NCBI RefSeq assembly: GCF_009914755.1
Contig: NC_060928.1
DNA from: the human T2T-CHM13v2.0 reference genome, Homo sapiens
Reading direction: 5' to 3' (one strand)
DNA length: 64,000 nucleotides
The first letter of the stretch is position 1. The number at the start of each line of letters is the position of its first letter. The notes beneath the pieces are model-generated. The model was not told where the DNA came from. It worked only from the letters and a program-made list of their open reading frames with translations, and did no database searches. Positions 27,091 to 40,477 of the stretch are shown piece by piece. Both the position numbers and the translations under genes were made by a program.

Positions 27091-27830
27091 CTTCTTTATA
27101 TTTTGCATAAATTTATGGAGTACAAGTATAATTTTGTTACATGCATAGATTGCATAGCATTGAAGTCACGGCTTTTAGAGTATCCATTACCCAAATAATG
27201 TACATTATATCCATTAAGTAACTTCTCAGCCTCCCCCTCTTCCCACCCTGTCAGCCTTCTGAGTTTCCTCTGTCTATCATTCTACACTCCGTCCATATGT
27301 TCTGCAGCACTATCCACCGTAGCAAAGATATGGATTATTTATGAATCTACAAAATGCTCTAGGCTAACCTTGAATGTAAACAGGCTAAATGCCCCACTTA
27401 AAAGGCACAGAGTGGTAAGTCACATTAAAAAAAAAAAAAAAAAAAAAAAAAGCAAGACCTAATGGTATGCTGTCTTCAAGAGACCTATCTCACAAGTAAT
27501 AATATTCATAGGCTCAAAGTAAAGGGATGGAGAAAAATTTGCCAAGCAAATGAAAAACAGAAAAATTCAGGAGTTGCAATCCTAGTTTCAGACAAAACAG
27601 ATTTCAAACCATTGATGTCCATCAGTGGATGACTAGATAAAGAAAATGTGGAATATATGCACAACGGAATACTATTCAGCCATAAAAAGAATGAAACTAT
27701 GTCTTTTGCATCAACATAGATGTAACTGGCGGCCATTATCCTAAATAAAACAAGTCAGATGCAGAAGACAAATACCGCATGTTCTCACTTGTAAGTGGGA
27801 AAAAAATAATGTGTACACATGGACTTAGAA
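27091..27830 (-). mobile_element. Short L1PB/L1MA-like 3' end with 5' inversion, carrying a foreign L1 insert
   Basis: 27091-27300 is antisense L1 3'UTR; 27301-27334 and 27612-27830 are sense L1 3' sequence. The two arms break at the same consensus point (acatggac). Confidence 0.7.
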
Positions 27831-28133
27831 GTTATTTAAACACTATAACTTTATTTGTATATTTGTTTTCTGTTAGAAGGGCCTACTTCTTTATTATTTT
27901 CAAAACTACCTTTACCATGCATAGACTTTTATATTTCAGATTAATATCCAATTGAAAATCATGTTAGTATTTTCATTTACATTGCATTGAAATTATGGCT
28001 CAATTCTGAGAGAATAACATTTTCACAATAATGTATTTAAATAACCTCAGGAATGGACAATTTAGATAAATGGTTCAAAACAGAGTCCAAAATCAGACCT
28101 ATGTGTGGAAATTTAAGGTAAAAATGACACTTT

Positions 28134-31100
28134 TTGTTGTGTAGTTTTTGTTTGTTATTATTGTATTTATTTATTCAGTTTTAAATTTTAGGTTTGAGGG
28201 TACATTTGAAAGTTTGTTACATACGTAAACACATGTCACAGGGCTTTGCTGTACATATTATTTCATCACCTAGGTATTAAGTCCAGTATCCAATAGTTGT
28301 CTTTTCTGGGCCTCTCCCTTCTCTTCCTCTCCCACCTCAAGTAGATGCCAGTGTCTGTTGTTCCCTTCTTTGTGTTCATAGGTTCTTATCATTTGGTTCC
28401 CACTTATAAGTGAGAACATGAGGTATTTGTTTTTTGCTTCCTGCAATTAGTTTGCCAAGGATAATAGCCTCCAGCTCCATCAATGTTCCCACAAAATACA
28501 TGACCTTGTTCTTTTTTATGGCTGCATAGTATTCCCTTTTCTATATGTACCACATTTTCTTTATCCCTTTATCCAGCTTGTCATGGATGGGTATTTAGGT
28601 TGATTTCAAGTCTTTGCAATTGTGAATAGTGCTGCTGTAAACATTCGTGTGCATGTGTCTTTATGGTACAGTGATTTATATTCTTCTGGGTATATATCCA
28701 GTAATAGAATTGCTGGGTTGAATGGTAGTTCTGCTTTTAGCTCCTTCAGGAATGGCCATACTGCTTTCCACAATGGTTGAACTTATTTACACTCTCACTA
28801 ACAGTGAATAAGTGTTCTTTTATCTCTGCAACCTCAGCAGCATCTGTCATTTTTTTGACTTTTTAGTAATAGCCATTTTGACTTTTTAGTAATAGCCATT
28901 TTGACTAGTGTACGATGGTATCTCATTGTGGTTTTGACTTGGATTTCTCTAATGGTCAGTGATGTTGAACTTTTTTTCATAAGAAAAAATGTGCTGGCCA
29001 CTTGTCTTCTTTTGAAAAGTGTCTGTTTGTCCCCTCTCCCCTCTCCCCTCTCTCTCCCCACGGTCTCCCTCTCCCTCTCTTTCCACGGTCTCCCTCTGAT
29101 GCCCAGCCAAAGCTGGACTGTACTGCTGCCATCTCGGCTCACTGCAACCTCCCTGCCTGATTCTCCTGCCTCAGCCTGCCGAGTGCCTGCGATTGCAGGC
29201 GCGCGCGCCGCCACGCCTGACTGGTTTTCGTATTTTTTTGGTGGAGACGGGGTTTCGCTGTGTTGGCTGGGCTGGTCTCCAGCTCGTAACCGCGAGTGAT
29301 CCGCCAGCCTCGGCCTCCCGAGGTGCCGGGATTGCAGACGGAGTCTGGTTCACTCAGTGCTCAATGGTGCCCAGGCTGGAGTGCAGTGGCGTGATCTCGG
29401 CTCGCTACAACCTCCACCTCCCAGCTGCCTGCCTTGGCCTCCCAAAGTGCCAAGATTGCAGCCTCTGCCCGGCCGCCACCCCATCTGGGAAGTGAGGAGC
29501 GTCTCTGCCTGGCCGCCCATCGTCTGGGATGTGAGGAGCCCCTCTGCCTGGCTGCCCAGTCTGGAAAGTGAGGAGCTTCTCTGCCCGGCCGCCATCCCAT
29601 CTAGGAAGTGAGGAGTGTCTCTGCCCGGCTGCCCATCGTCTGAGATAAGGGGAGCGCCTCTGCCCCGCCGCCCCGTCTGGGATGTGAGGAGCGCCTCTAC
29701 CCGGCCACCACCCCGTCTGGGAGGTGAGGAGCGTCTCTGCTGGGCCGCCCTGTCTGAGAAGTGAGGAGACCCTCCGCCTGGCAACTGCCCCGTCTGAGAA
29801 GTGAGGAGCCCCTCCGCCCAGCAGCCACCCTGTCTGGGAAGTGAGGAGCGTCTCCACCCAGCAGCCACCCCGTCCGGGAGGGAGGTGGGGGTCAGCCCCC
29901 GCCAGGCCAGCCGCCCCATCCGCGAGGGAGGTGGGGGGGTCAGCACCCCGCCCGGCCAGCCGCCCCGTCTGGGAGGGAGGTGGGGGGGTCAGCCCCCCGC
30001 TCGGCCAGCCGCCGCGTCCGGGAGATGAGGGGCGCCTCTGCCTGGCCGCCCCTACTGGGAAGTGAGGAGCCCCTCTTCCCGGCCACCACCCCATCTGGGA
30101 GGTGTACCCAACAGCTCACTGAGAACGGGCCATGATGACAATGGCGGTTTTGTGGAATAGAAAGGGGGGAAAGGTGGGGAAAAGATTGAGAAATCGGATG
30201 GTTGCCGTGTCTGTGTAGAAAGAGGTAGACATGGGAGACCTTTCATTTTGTTCTGTACTAAGAAAAATTCTTCTGCCTTGTGATCCTGTTGATCTGTGAC
30301 CTTACCCCCAACCCTGTGCTCTCTGAAACATGTGCTGTGTCCACTCAGGGTTAAATGGATTAAGGGCGGTGCAAGATGTGCTTTGTTAAACAGATGCTTG
30401 AAGGCAGCATGCTCGTTAAGAGTCATCACCACTCCCTAATCTCAAGTACCCAGGGACACAAACACTGCAGAAGGCCGCGGGGTCCTCTGCCTAGGAAAAC
30501 CAGAGACCTTTGTTCACTTGTTTATCTGCTGACCTTCCCTCCACTATTGTCCTGTGACCCTGCCAAATTCCCCTCTGCGAGAAACACCCAAAAATGATCA
30601 ATAAAAAAAAAATAAAAAAAAAAAAAGAAAAGTGTCTGTTTATGTCATTTGCCCACTTCTTAATGGGGTTGTGTGTTCTCTTATTGTAAATTTGTTCAAA
30701 TTCTTTATAGATGTTGGGTTTTAGCCTTTGTCAGATGCATAGTTTTCAAATATTTTCTCCCATTCTGTGGGTTGTCTGTTTACACTGTTGATAGTCTCTT
30801 TTACTGTGCAGAAACTCTTAAATATAATTAGATCCCACTTGTTGATTTTTGTTTTTGTTGCAATTGCTTTTGGTGTCTTTATCATGAAATCTTTGTCCAT
30901 TTTTATGTCCAGGATGGTATTTCTTAAGTTATCTTCTAGAGTTTTTACAGTATTGGGATTTACCTTTAAATATTTAATCCATCTTGAGTTGATTTTTGTA
31001 TATGGTGTAAGGAAGGGGTCCAGCTTCAATCTTTTGCATATCACTAGCCAGTTATCCCAGCACCATTTATTGAATAGGGAATCTCTTCCCCATTGATTTT

Positions 31101-33820
31101 TTTTGTCAGCTTTTTCAAAGATCAGATGGTTGTAGATGTTTCGTCTTCTTTCTGGGCTCTCTATTCTGTTCAGTTGGTCTATATGTCTGTTTTTGTACCA
31201 GTACCCTGCTCTTTTGGTTACTCTAGCCTTGTAGTATAGTTTAAAGTTGGGTAGCATGATGCCTCTATATTTTGCTTAGGATTGCCTTGGCTATTCAGGC
31301 TCCTCCTTGGTTCCATATGAATTTTAAAATAGTTTTTTTCTAGTTCTGTGAAGAATGTCATTGTTAATTTTATAGAAATAGCATTTAATCTGTAAATCGC
31401 TTTGGGCTAACCTTAAATGTAAATGGGATAAATGCCCCACTTAAAAGGCACAGAGTGGCAAGCTGGATTTAAAAAAAAGACCTAATAGTATACTGTCCTC
31501 AAGAGACCAATCTCACAGGTAATGACACCCACTGCTCAAAGTACAGATATGGAGGAAAATCTACCAAGCAAACGGAAAACAGAAAAAGCAAGGGTTGCAA
31601 TCCTGGTTTTAGACCAAACAGATTTAAAACCAAAAAAGATAAAACATGACAAAGAAGGGCATTACATAATGGTAACGGGTTCAATTCAACAAGAAGACCT
31701 AACTGTCCTAAATATATATGCACCTACCACAGGGGGCATTGAGATTCATAAAGCAAGTTCTTAGAGACCTACAAAGAGAAATAGACTCCCACACAATAAT
31801 AGCGCGAGACTTAAACACTCCACTGACAGTATTAGTCAGATCATCAAGTCAGAAAAGTAAAAAACATATTCAGAATGTAAACTCGACATTGGACCAAAAG
31901 GATCTGATAGACCTTTACAGCACTTTCCACCCAAAACCAACAGAATATACTTTCTTCTCTTCACTACAAGGCACATACCCTAAAATTGACCATGTAAGTG
32001 GACAAAAAACAATCATCAACAAATTTAAAACTAATGAAATCATACCAAACACACTCTTGAACCACAGTGCAATCAAAACAGAAGTCCGCACTATGAAAAT
32101 TACTCAAAAGCATGCAAACACATGACAGTTAAACAACATGCTCCTGAACAACTTTGGGGTAAATAATAAAATTAAGGCAGAAATAAAGTTATTTGAAAAC
32201 AATGAGAACAAAGATACAACATACCAGAATCTCTGGGACACAGCTAAGGCAGTGTTAAGAAGGACATTGATAGCAGTAAATGTCCACATCAAAAAGTTGG
32301 AAAGATCTCAAATTAACAGCTTAACTTCACAACTGAAAGAATTAGAGAAGCAAAAACAAATCAACCCCAAAGCTAGCAGAAGACAAGAAATAACAAAAAT
32401 CAGAGTGGCACAGAAGGAAATCAAGCCACAAAAAAGCCATTCGAAAGCCAGGAGTTGTTTTTTTGAAAACATTAATAAAACATAGGCCACTAGCTAGACT
32501 AATAAAGCAGAAAAGAGAGAACGTCCAGATAAATATAATTAGAAATGATGAAGAGAATGTTACTACTGACTCCACAGAAATGAAAACAACCATCAGAGAC
32601 TACCATGAACACCTCTATGCACACAAACTAGAAAACCTAGAAGGGGTGCTTAAATTCCTGGACACATACAGTTTCCCAAGAATAAGCCAAGAAGAAATTG
32701 ATTTCCTAAACAGATCAATAACAACCTCCAAAATTGAATCAGTAATAAATAGCCTACCAACCAAAAAAAATGCCTGGGAGCTGAAAGATTCACAGAATGG
32801 TAGTTCTGAATTTTACCAGATTTGTACAAAGAAGAGCTGGTACCATTTTTACAGAAGCTATTCCGAAAAATTGAGGAGGAGGGACTCCTCCTCAACTTAT
32901 TATATGAGGCCAGAATCATCTTGATACTAAAACCTGGCAAAGACGCAACAAAAAAAGAAAACTTCAGGCCAATATCCTTGAAGAACATCGGTGCAAAAAT
33001 TCTCTACAAAATAATTTCAAACTGAAACCAGCAGCACATCAAAAGCTAATCCACCATGATCAAGTAGGCTTCATTCCCAGGATGCAAGATTGGTTCAACA
33101 TATGCAAATCGATAAATGTGATTCATCATGTAAACAGAACAAAAGACAAAAATCACATGATTATCTCAATAGACTCAGAGAAAGCTTTCGATAAAATTCA
33201 ACACCCTTTCATGTTAAAAACTCTCAATAAACTAGGTATTGAAGGAAAATACCTCAAAGTAATAGGACCCATCTCTGACAAACCTGCAGCCAACATTATA
33301 CTGAATGGTCAAAAGCTGGAAGCATTCCCCTTGAAAACTGGCACAAGACGAGAATGTCCTCTCTCACCACTTTTATTCAACATAGTATTGAAAGTACTAG
33401 GCAGAGCTATCAGGCAAGACAAAGAAATAAAGGATATCCAAATAGGAAGAGGGGATGTCAAACTACCTCTGTTTGTAGATGACATTATTTTATGTCTAGA
33501 AAACCCCATAGTCTTGGCTCAAAAGTTCCTCCAGCTGATAAACAACTTCAGCAAAGTTTCAGGATACAAAATCAATGTACAAAAATCACTATCATTCCTA
33601 TACACCAACAACAGCCACACTGAGAGCCAAATCAGAAAGGCAATTCAATTTACAATTGGCACAAAATAATAAAATAATAAAATACCTAGGAATAACCAGG
33701 GAGATGAAAGAAAGATCTCTACAATGACAATTACAAAACACTCCTTAAAAAAATTAGAGAAGACACAAACAAATGGAAAAATATCCCATGCTAATGGATA
33801 GGAAGAATCAATATCATTAA
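28134..33820 (-). mobile_element. Old L1PA/L1PREC2-like element, ~4 kb, with twin-priming 5' inversion; interrupted by SVA
   Basis: 28134-31407 antisense (3'UTR plus ORF2 C-terminus; ORF 30721..31257 [10 protein letters not shown]...WCWDNW). 31408-33820 sense ORF2 endonuclease/RT remnants ([37 protein letters not shown]). TSD aaaaatgacacttt (28120-28133) / aaaaatgatgcttt (33821-33834). Confidence 0.92.
29029..30626 (+). mobile_element. SVA retrotransposon (SVA_D-like), near full length
   Basis: Short CCCTCT-like head, Alu-like region, GC-rich VNTR (~29460-30100), SINE-R, AATAAA and poly(A). Exact 15-bp TSD gaaaagtgtctgttt at 29014-29028 and 30627-30641. Confidence 0.96.
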
Positions 33821-35841
33821 AAAAATGATGCTTTAAATTAATGTGGCAAAATTTTAATAAATGATGATGAGAAAAAATTCTATCCACTTAGAAAAAGGAG
33901 TGACGCAAAAAGAAAATCTAATTGTATTTAAAATATAAACATAATTTGTGCTATACAAGTTCTGGATTAAAGTAAATGATAATATTTTGTAATATTGGCA
34001 TGTATAAAGCATAATTTTTAAAGAAAAACAAATTTTATTATATGTATATTTAAAACTTTACTATGAAAGATATTGTAAAGTTGAAACGTGAATAACATAT
34101 GGAAAACAACATATGTAACAAATATAATACAATACAATATAATTTAATATAATATAATAATATTATAAAAATGAAAAGATAATTCTATATTAAAGGTTTA
34201 AACAGGCAACTTACAGAAGAAACAGCAATGGTTACTAAGTATGCAGGAAGAAAAGCTCAAACTAAAGGAAATGAAAATACAACAAAATACAAATTTATAT
34301 CCATGAGATTAGATAAAAAACCTTAAATCTGACATTAAGTGGCAATGTTAATATGAGCTTGGTACAAAAATGTTTTTAAATGTACTGTATTTTTGTTTGA
34401 AATATCTTTTGGATTTATAATCATTCATATAGTATAGGTACATACACATATGTATTCATAGAAACAAACACAAATGCATATGTATGACAGAGAGAGAGAG
34501 GGAGAGAAAGTAAGGAAGAGAAAGTAAAAGGGAACTGGTAATGAGGCAAACAAAGTAGCTAAGGCTAGAAAGGAGGATTATGAGTAGAGGCTACTAATGC
34601 ATTCATTTTTGTTTGTTTCTCAGTTTCTATTCAAATTTCCTAGCACAAACATACCAGTTTTGAAGAATACATTCAAATTTATTACATTATCACTTTTTAA
34701 AAATCATAAAATCTTTGGTGGTTTAAAAATAGCTTAAAAGACTACACATGAGAAAAGAGGTTATATAAAACTTTACACAACGGGTAAATATATAAAAGAA
34801 GCACTTATTCAAAGGGAGAATGTGGGCTGTGAATACACTTAAGTTGAAAACGAGTTTAAAGATTTACTAATAAATTATAGATTCACATTTTGTTTTAAAA
34901 GTAAACCAGAATCATATTTGGTCCAGCTATCTCAAAAGTTAGGCAGGGTTAGGGTGGAGACAGAGAGAGATTTCTAGTTTGACCCAGTTTGCAAATGCTT
35001 ATGTTCTTAATTAGCAGCTGGAATTCAAAAAGCAGAAGGAAGAAAATGCTCACTCTTGGCACATGCTGACTATTGCTAGGAGAAATATTGCTCAAGTAAA
35101 TTTCATTGACCTGACAAGGAACAACTGCTATGTCAAAACGCATTTAACTAAAACATTTTTATTTATAATTTGTGCATTTCATTTGAATACTCTTACCATA
35201 AATCAGGCCATTACATGTGGTTTCATTTAAATTATTGGTCTGGTAAATTAAGCATCTTCTTAGCAATTACATTTTCTCTAAAACTTCTGGTATAGCTGAC
35301 CTATCACCATTATCTTATGAGACATTTTAACGTATATCACAGACTTAAAGTTTCCCCCTTTCTCTTGGGAAAAGTGTGGATATATAATTTGTGACCCCTA
35401 ACTGCTCTTCTTAAATGACAAACACAACAATAACTTTGTTCATATTTCTCAAAACTTCACAAAATTGCCACACTTTGAACACACAAAGTTTAAAGTTTTT
35501 GTGAGAAATTTCAGTGAAAATCAGAAAATGACCTGACCCTGAGCCCATTTTAATGAGGAAAGGCATCGTGGTTGGTTGGATTTCACTGTAGGAGAGGTTA
35601 TAAGAGGGTCTTGCCTGACTACCTTTTTGGAATAAACTTCAGGTTGTGAGAAAACATTCTGTGTCTGCCTCCCAGGATGTTGGAGGTTCAGATCTGCTCA
35701 AATTTGTGAAATAATCAATTCACTAAATAGGCCCCAAATCATAACCGACACTGTGAGCCAAACCACTTTAGCAATATCTGAAAGTTGTGTAATGTTTTGA
35801 ATAGAGAATAGTAAGGCAATAATGCTTTGACTGGTCTTGGG

Positions 35842-36176
<335 letters not shown>

Positions 36177-36624
36177 TGATTTTTCAGTACCACTATTTAT
36201 TTGTAAGAACCAAAACCTATACAAAACCAAAACCAAAACAAGGGAAGAAAGTTCTGCATAATATTAGCAAGATGATCCACTTCAAATTCATATTGCTGGA
36301 AGCATTTGAAGAGTATTATTATGAAAAAGTCTTTGTAATACTATAAAATTAAAATTTTAACATGATTGGATAGCTTAAACATCAGAGAATAAAATTATAT
36401 ATTTTGTGTGCAACTTCTCCTTAAGGTGAGATAAAAAATGTCTATTATTGCAATATATTTATTGAAGTACTTGAGAGAGGTAATTAGCATGGTATGGACA
36501 GATTTCAAACACTAAAATTCGCATTTAATACACAGTATAATAAAAACTGATGCAAGCTATTCTGGACAGAGACCCAGACATTACTGTAAATCATTTATTA
36601 TTATATAATTTGCCATATATATAA

Positions 36625-36966
<342 letters not shown>

Positions 36967-37429
36967 ATAATTACTTTTTAAACTTACTTTTTAAAATTTA
37001 AACAGAAAATAATACTGCCAGACAAGGCAAAAGATAGCTGATGTTTTACATGCAATCAAAGCCTACAATATCAAGTATACCTACAATGAAAATGACATTG
37101 GCACAGAAAGATGTTCAAGTAATTGGAAGTGAGCAACTCCACAGTATTCTGTTGCACCTTAAAAATATAATTATATAGCAAAATCATAGCTGTGTAATAG
37201 AATTATGCAGGAAAGCACTAATTCCTAATATATTGTTATGAGGACTACTGTAATAATAAAATTCTATCTAAGTTAGTATGTTTTCAAATGTGGTATATCT
37301 TTTGGATGGAAGGATCACTTAAGAAGTATTTAAGGCATATTAGTTGAAGTTCTGCAGGTCTTAAGTTGCTCATCACAAAGGAACCAGAACTTCAAATTTG
37401 TACTGTTTAAATTATCCTTATTTTAGAGA

Positions 37430-37592
37430 ATTAATATTTGTTAAATATTTAACATTATTTGTTAATTATTTAATTAATAATTTATTTGTTAATTATTAAT
37501 TAATAATTAATGCATTAATTATTTAATTAATACTTAATTTGTTAATTATTTAATTAATAATTTGTTAAACTTAACAAAATTATTTGTTAAAT
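37430..37592. repeat. AT-rich low-complexity repeat (atttgttaattatttaattaata units)
   Basis: Several degenerate copies of tttgttaa(t/a) and ttatttaattaata. Confidence 0.8.
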
Positions 37593-37859
37593 GATTCAAT
37601 TGTGTTGTAATCCACACTCCCAGGATATGTTTTCTGTGTCCTAATTTATAAATTGTTAAGTATATGCTGATTTCTATCATAAAAATGAAAAACTAACTCA
37701 AGGTACAGAGTTTGTATAGCCCAAGGATATATTAAGGCTATTTTCTAATGGAGATGACAGAAACAGTGATTGTAATTAGGTAGAAGATGAAGTTTTAATC
37801 ACAAATGAGCAAGTTAACTATAGCCAGAGAAATTTTCACCATTTTCTGTGTCTTTACTG

Positions 37860-40133
37860 CAGGCATAGCTTGTTTTATTGAGCTTTTCTTTATTGTGCTT
37901 TGTAGATATTGAATATTTTACAAATTGAAGATTTGTGGCAACCTTATATTAAGCAAGTCTATCAGCTCCATTTTTCCAGCAACCTGTCATCACCTCATGT
38001 CTCTGTGTCATATTTCAGTACTTGTCATAATATTTCAAACTTTGTCATTATTACGATATCTGTAATAATAATCTGTGGTCAGTGATATTTGATGTTACCA
38101 TTATAATTGTTTTTGGGTGCTACAAACTACCTCCCTATATGATGGCAAATTATTAGCCAATTAATAACTACAAAGACCTTTAAGTAGTCGCTGAAAGGAA
38201 AAGCAACACATCTCTCACTTTAAATCAAAAGCTAGAAATGGTTAAGCTTAGTGAGGAAGGTATGTTGGAAGCTTAGATAGGATGAAAGCTAGGCGTCTGG
38301 CACCTAAGAGTTAACCAAGTTATGATGGTAAAGGAAAAGTTATTGAAGGAAATTAACAGTGCTACTGCACTGAACACATGGACAGTAAGAAAGCAAAACA
38401 ACCTTATTGAAGATATGGAGAAAGTTTGAGTGGTCTGCATAGATCAAACCAGCAACAACATTTCCTTAAGCCTAAACCAAATCTACAGCAAGATCCTAAC
38501 TCATCCATTTTATGAAATCTGAGAGAGGTGAAGAAGCTGCAGAATTAAAATTGGAAGCTAGCAGAGGTTAGTTTATGAGGATTAAGCAAAGAAGCCCTCT
38601 CCACATAAAAGTGCAAGGTGAAGCAGAAAGTGCTGATGTAGAAGCTGCAGCAAGATATCCAGAAGACCTAGCTAAGATAATTGATGAAGGTGGACACATT
38701 AAACAACAGATTTTCAATGTAGATGAAACAATCTTCTATTGGAAAAAGATGCCATCTGGGACTTTCACAGCTAGAGAGGAGAAGTCAATGCCTGGCTTCA
38801 AAGCTTCAAAGAACAGGCTGACTCTCTTCCTAGGGGCTAATGAAGCTGATGACTCTAAGTTGAAGCCAGTACTCATTCACCGCTCAAAGATCCTAGGGCC
38901 CTTAACAATTATTATGCTAAATCTACTCTGCCTGTTGTCTATAAATGGAACAAGCCTGGATGACAGCCCACCTGTTTACCGCATAGTTAACTGAATACTT
39001 TAAGCCCACAGTTGAGACCTATTGCTCAGAATAAAAGATTCCTTTCAAAATATCACTGCTGATGCCAATTAACCCAGTCAACCAAGAGCTCTGATGAAGA
39101 TGTACAGGGAGATTGTTGTTTTCAAGCCTTCTAACATAGCATCCATTCTGTGGCCCCTAGATCAAGGAGTAATTTTGACTTTTAGTCTTATAACTTAAGA
39201 AAAACATTTTGTCCATTCTGTAAGGCTATAGCTGCCATAGATAGTGATTCCTCTTATGGATCTGGGCAAAGTAAACTGAAAACCTACATGTAACAATTCA
39301 CTATTCTATAATGACGCCACTAAAAACATTCATGATTCGGGGAGGAAGTTGTAATATCAACATTAACAGGAATTTGCAAGAAGTTGATTTCAACCCTCAT
39401 GGATGACTCTGAGGGGTTTAAGACTTCAGTGGAGGAAGTAATTGCAGATGTGGCAGAAACAGCAAGAGAACTAAAATTAGAAGAGGAGCCTCAAGATGTC
39501 ACCAAATTGCTACAATCTCATGATCAAACTTGAACAGATAAGGAGTTGCTTCTTAAGCATGAGCAAAGAAAGTGGTTTCTTGAGATGAAATCTACTGGTG
39601 AAGACACCGTGAACATTGTTGAAATGACAACAAAGGATTTAGAATATTACATGCACTTAGTTGATAAAGCGGTGGCAGAGTTTCAGAGGATTGATTCCAA
39701 TTAGGAAAGTTCTACTGTTGGTAAAATGCTATCAAACAGAATCACATACTACAGACAAATGTTTAATGAAAGGAAGAGTCACTCAATGAAGCAAACTACA
39801 TTCTTGTCTAATTTTAAGTAATTTCCACAGCCATGCCAACCTTCAGCAACCAGCATCCCATCAATCAGCAACCATCAACACTGAGGCAAGACCCTCCACC
39901 AGGAAAATGATTATGACTCACTGAAGGCTCAGATTATCAGCATTTTTAGCAATAAAGTATTTAAAAATTAAGATATGTACATTATTTTTAGACATAAAAT
40001 GCTATTGCACACTTATAGGCTACAGTACAGTATAAATATAACTTTTATATACACTGGGAAACCAAAAAATTAATGTAACTGCTTTACTGTCATAGTCTGG
40101 AACTGAACCAGCAATAGCTCTAAGGTATCCCTA
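37860..40133 (+). mobile_element. Tigger1 (pogo/TcMar) DNA transposon, near full length, decayed
   Basis: 5' end caggcatagcttgttttattg, 3' end gcaatagctctaaggtatcccta|ta (degenerate TIRs). Transposase remnant ORF 38575..38994 [13 protein letters not shown]...[17 protein letters not shown]. Confidence 0.93.
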
Positions 40134-40232
40134 TATTCAAATATATTCCCTCAGTTTTAAAACAGCTGTGTTGGGAAAATTTGTGATACTATTGGTGAGT
40201 TAGAAAAAAAAAATCACCATTCCTAGAAATAT

Positions 40233-40477
40233 TTTTATTTTTTGAGACAGAGTCTTGCTCTGTTGCCCAGGCTGGGGTGCAGTGCCGTGATCATAGCTCA
40301 CTGCAACCTTGAAGTCCTGGGCTCAAGTGGTCCTTTCACCTCAGCCTCCTGAATAGCTAGGACTGCAGGCATGCATCATCACACCTGGATAATTTTTTAA
40401 TTTTTTGTAGATACATGGTCTCACTATGTTTCCCAGACTAGTCTCAAACTCCTGGCCTCAAGTGAGCCTCATGCTTC
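40233..40477 (-). mobile_element. AluJ, 5'-truncated
   Basis: Antisense Alu; TSD tagaaa(a)tatttt on both sides. Confidence 0.87.

Noticed and set aside
27427-27451. A25 run as a retrotransposon poly(A) tail
   Set aside because: L1 ORF2 sequence continues colinearly on both sides, so it is an internal A-run expansion.
29171-30597. Multiple 60-229 aa ORFs
   Set aside because: They come from the stop-poor GC-rich SVA VNTR, Alu-like region and SINE-R.
30721-33669. Active L1 ORF2 (endonuclease/RT)
   Set aside because: Fragmented by stops and frameshifts, inverted, and lacking ORF1 and promoter.
38575-38994. Domesticated TIGD-like transposase gene
   Set aside because: Short remnant with a frameshift and surrounding stops inside a decayed Tigger1.
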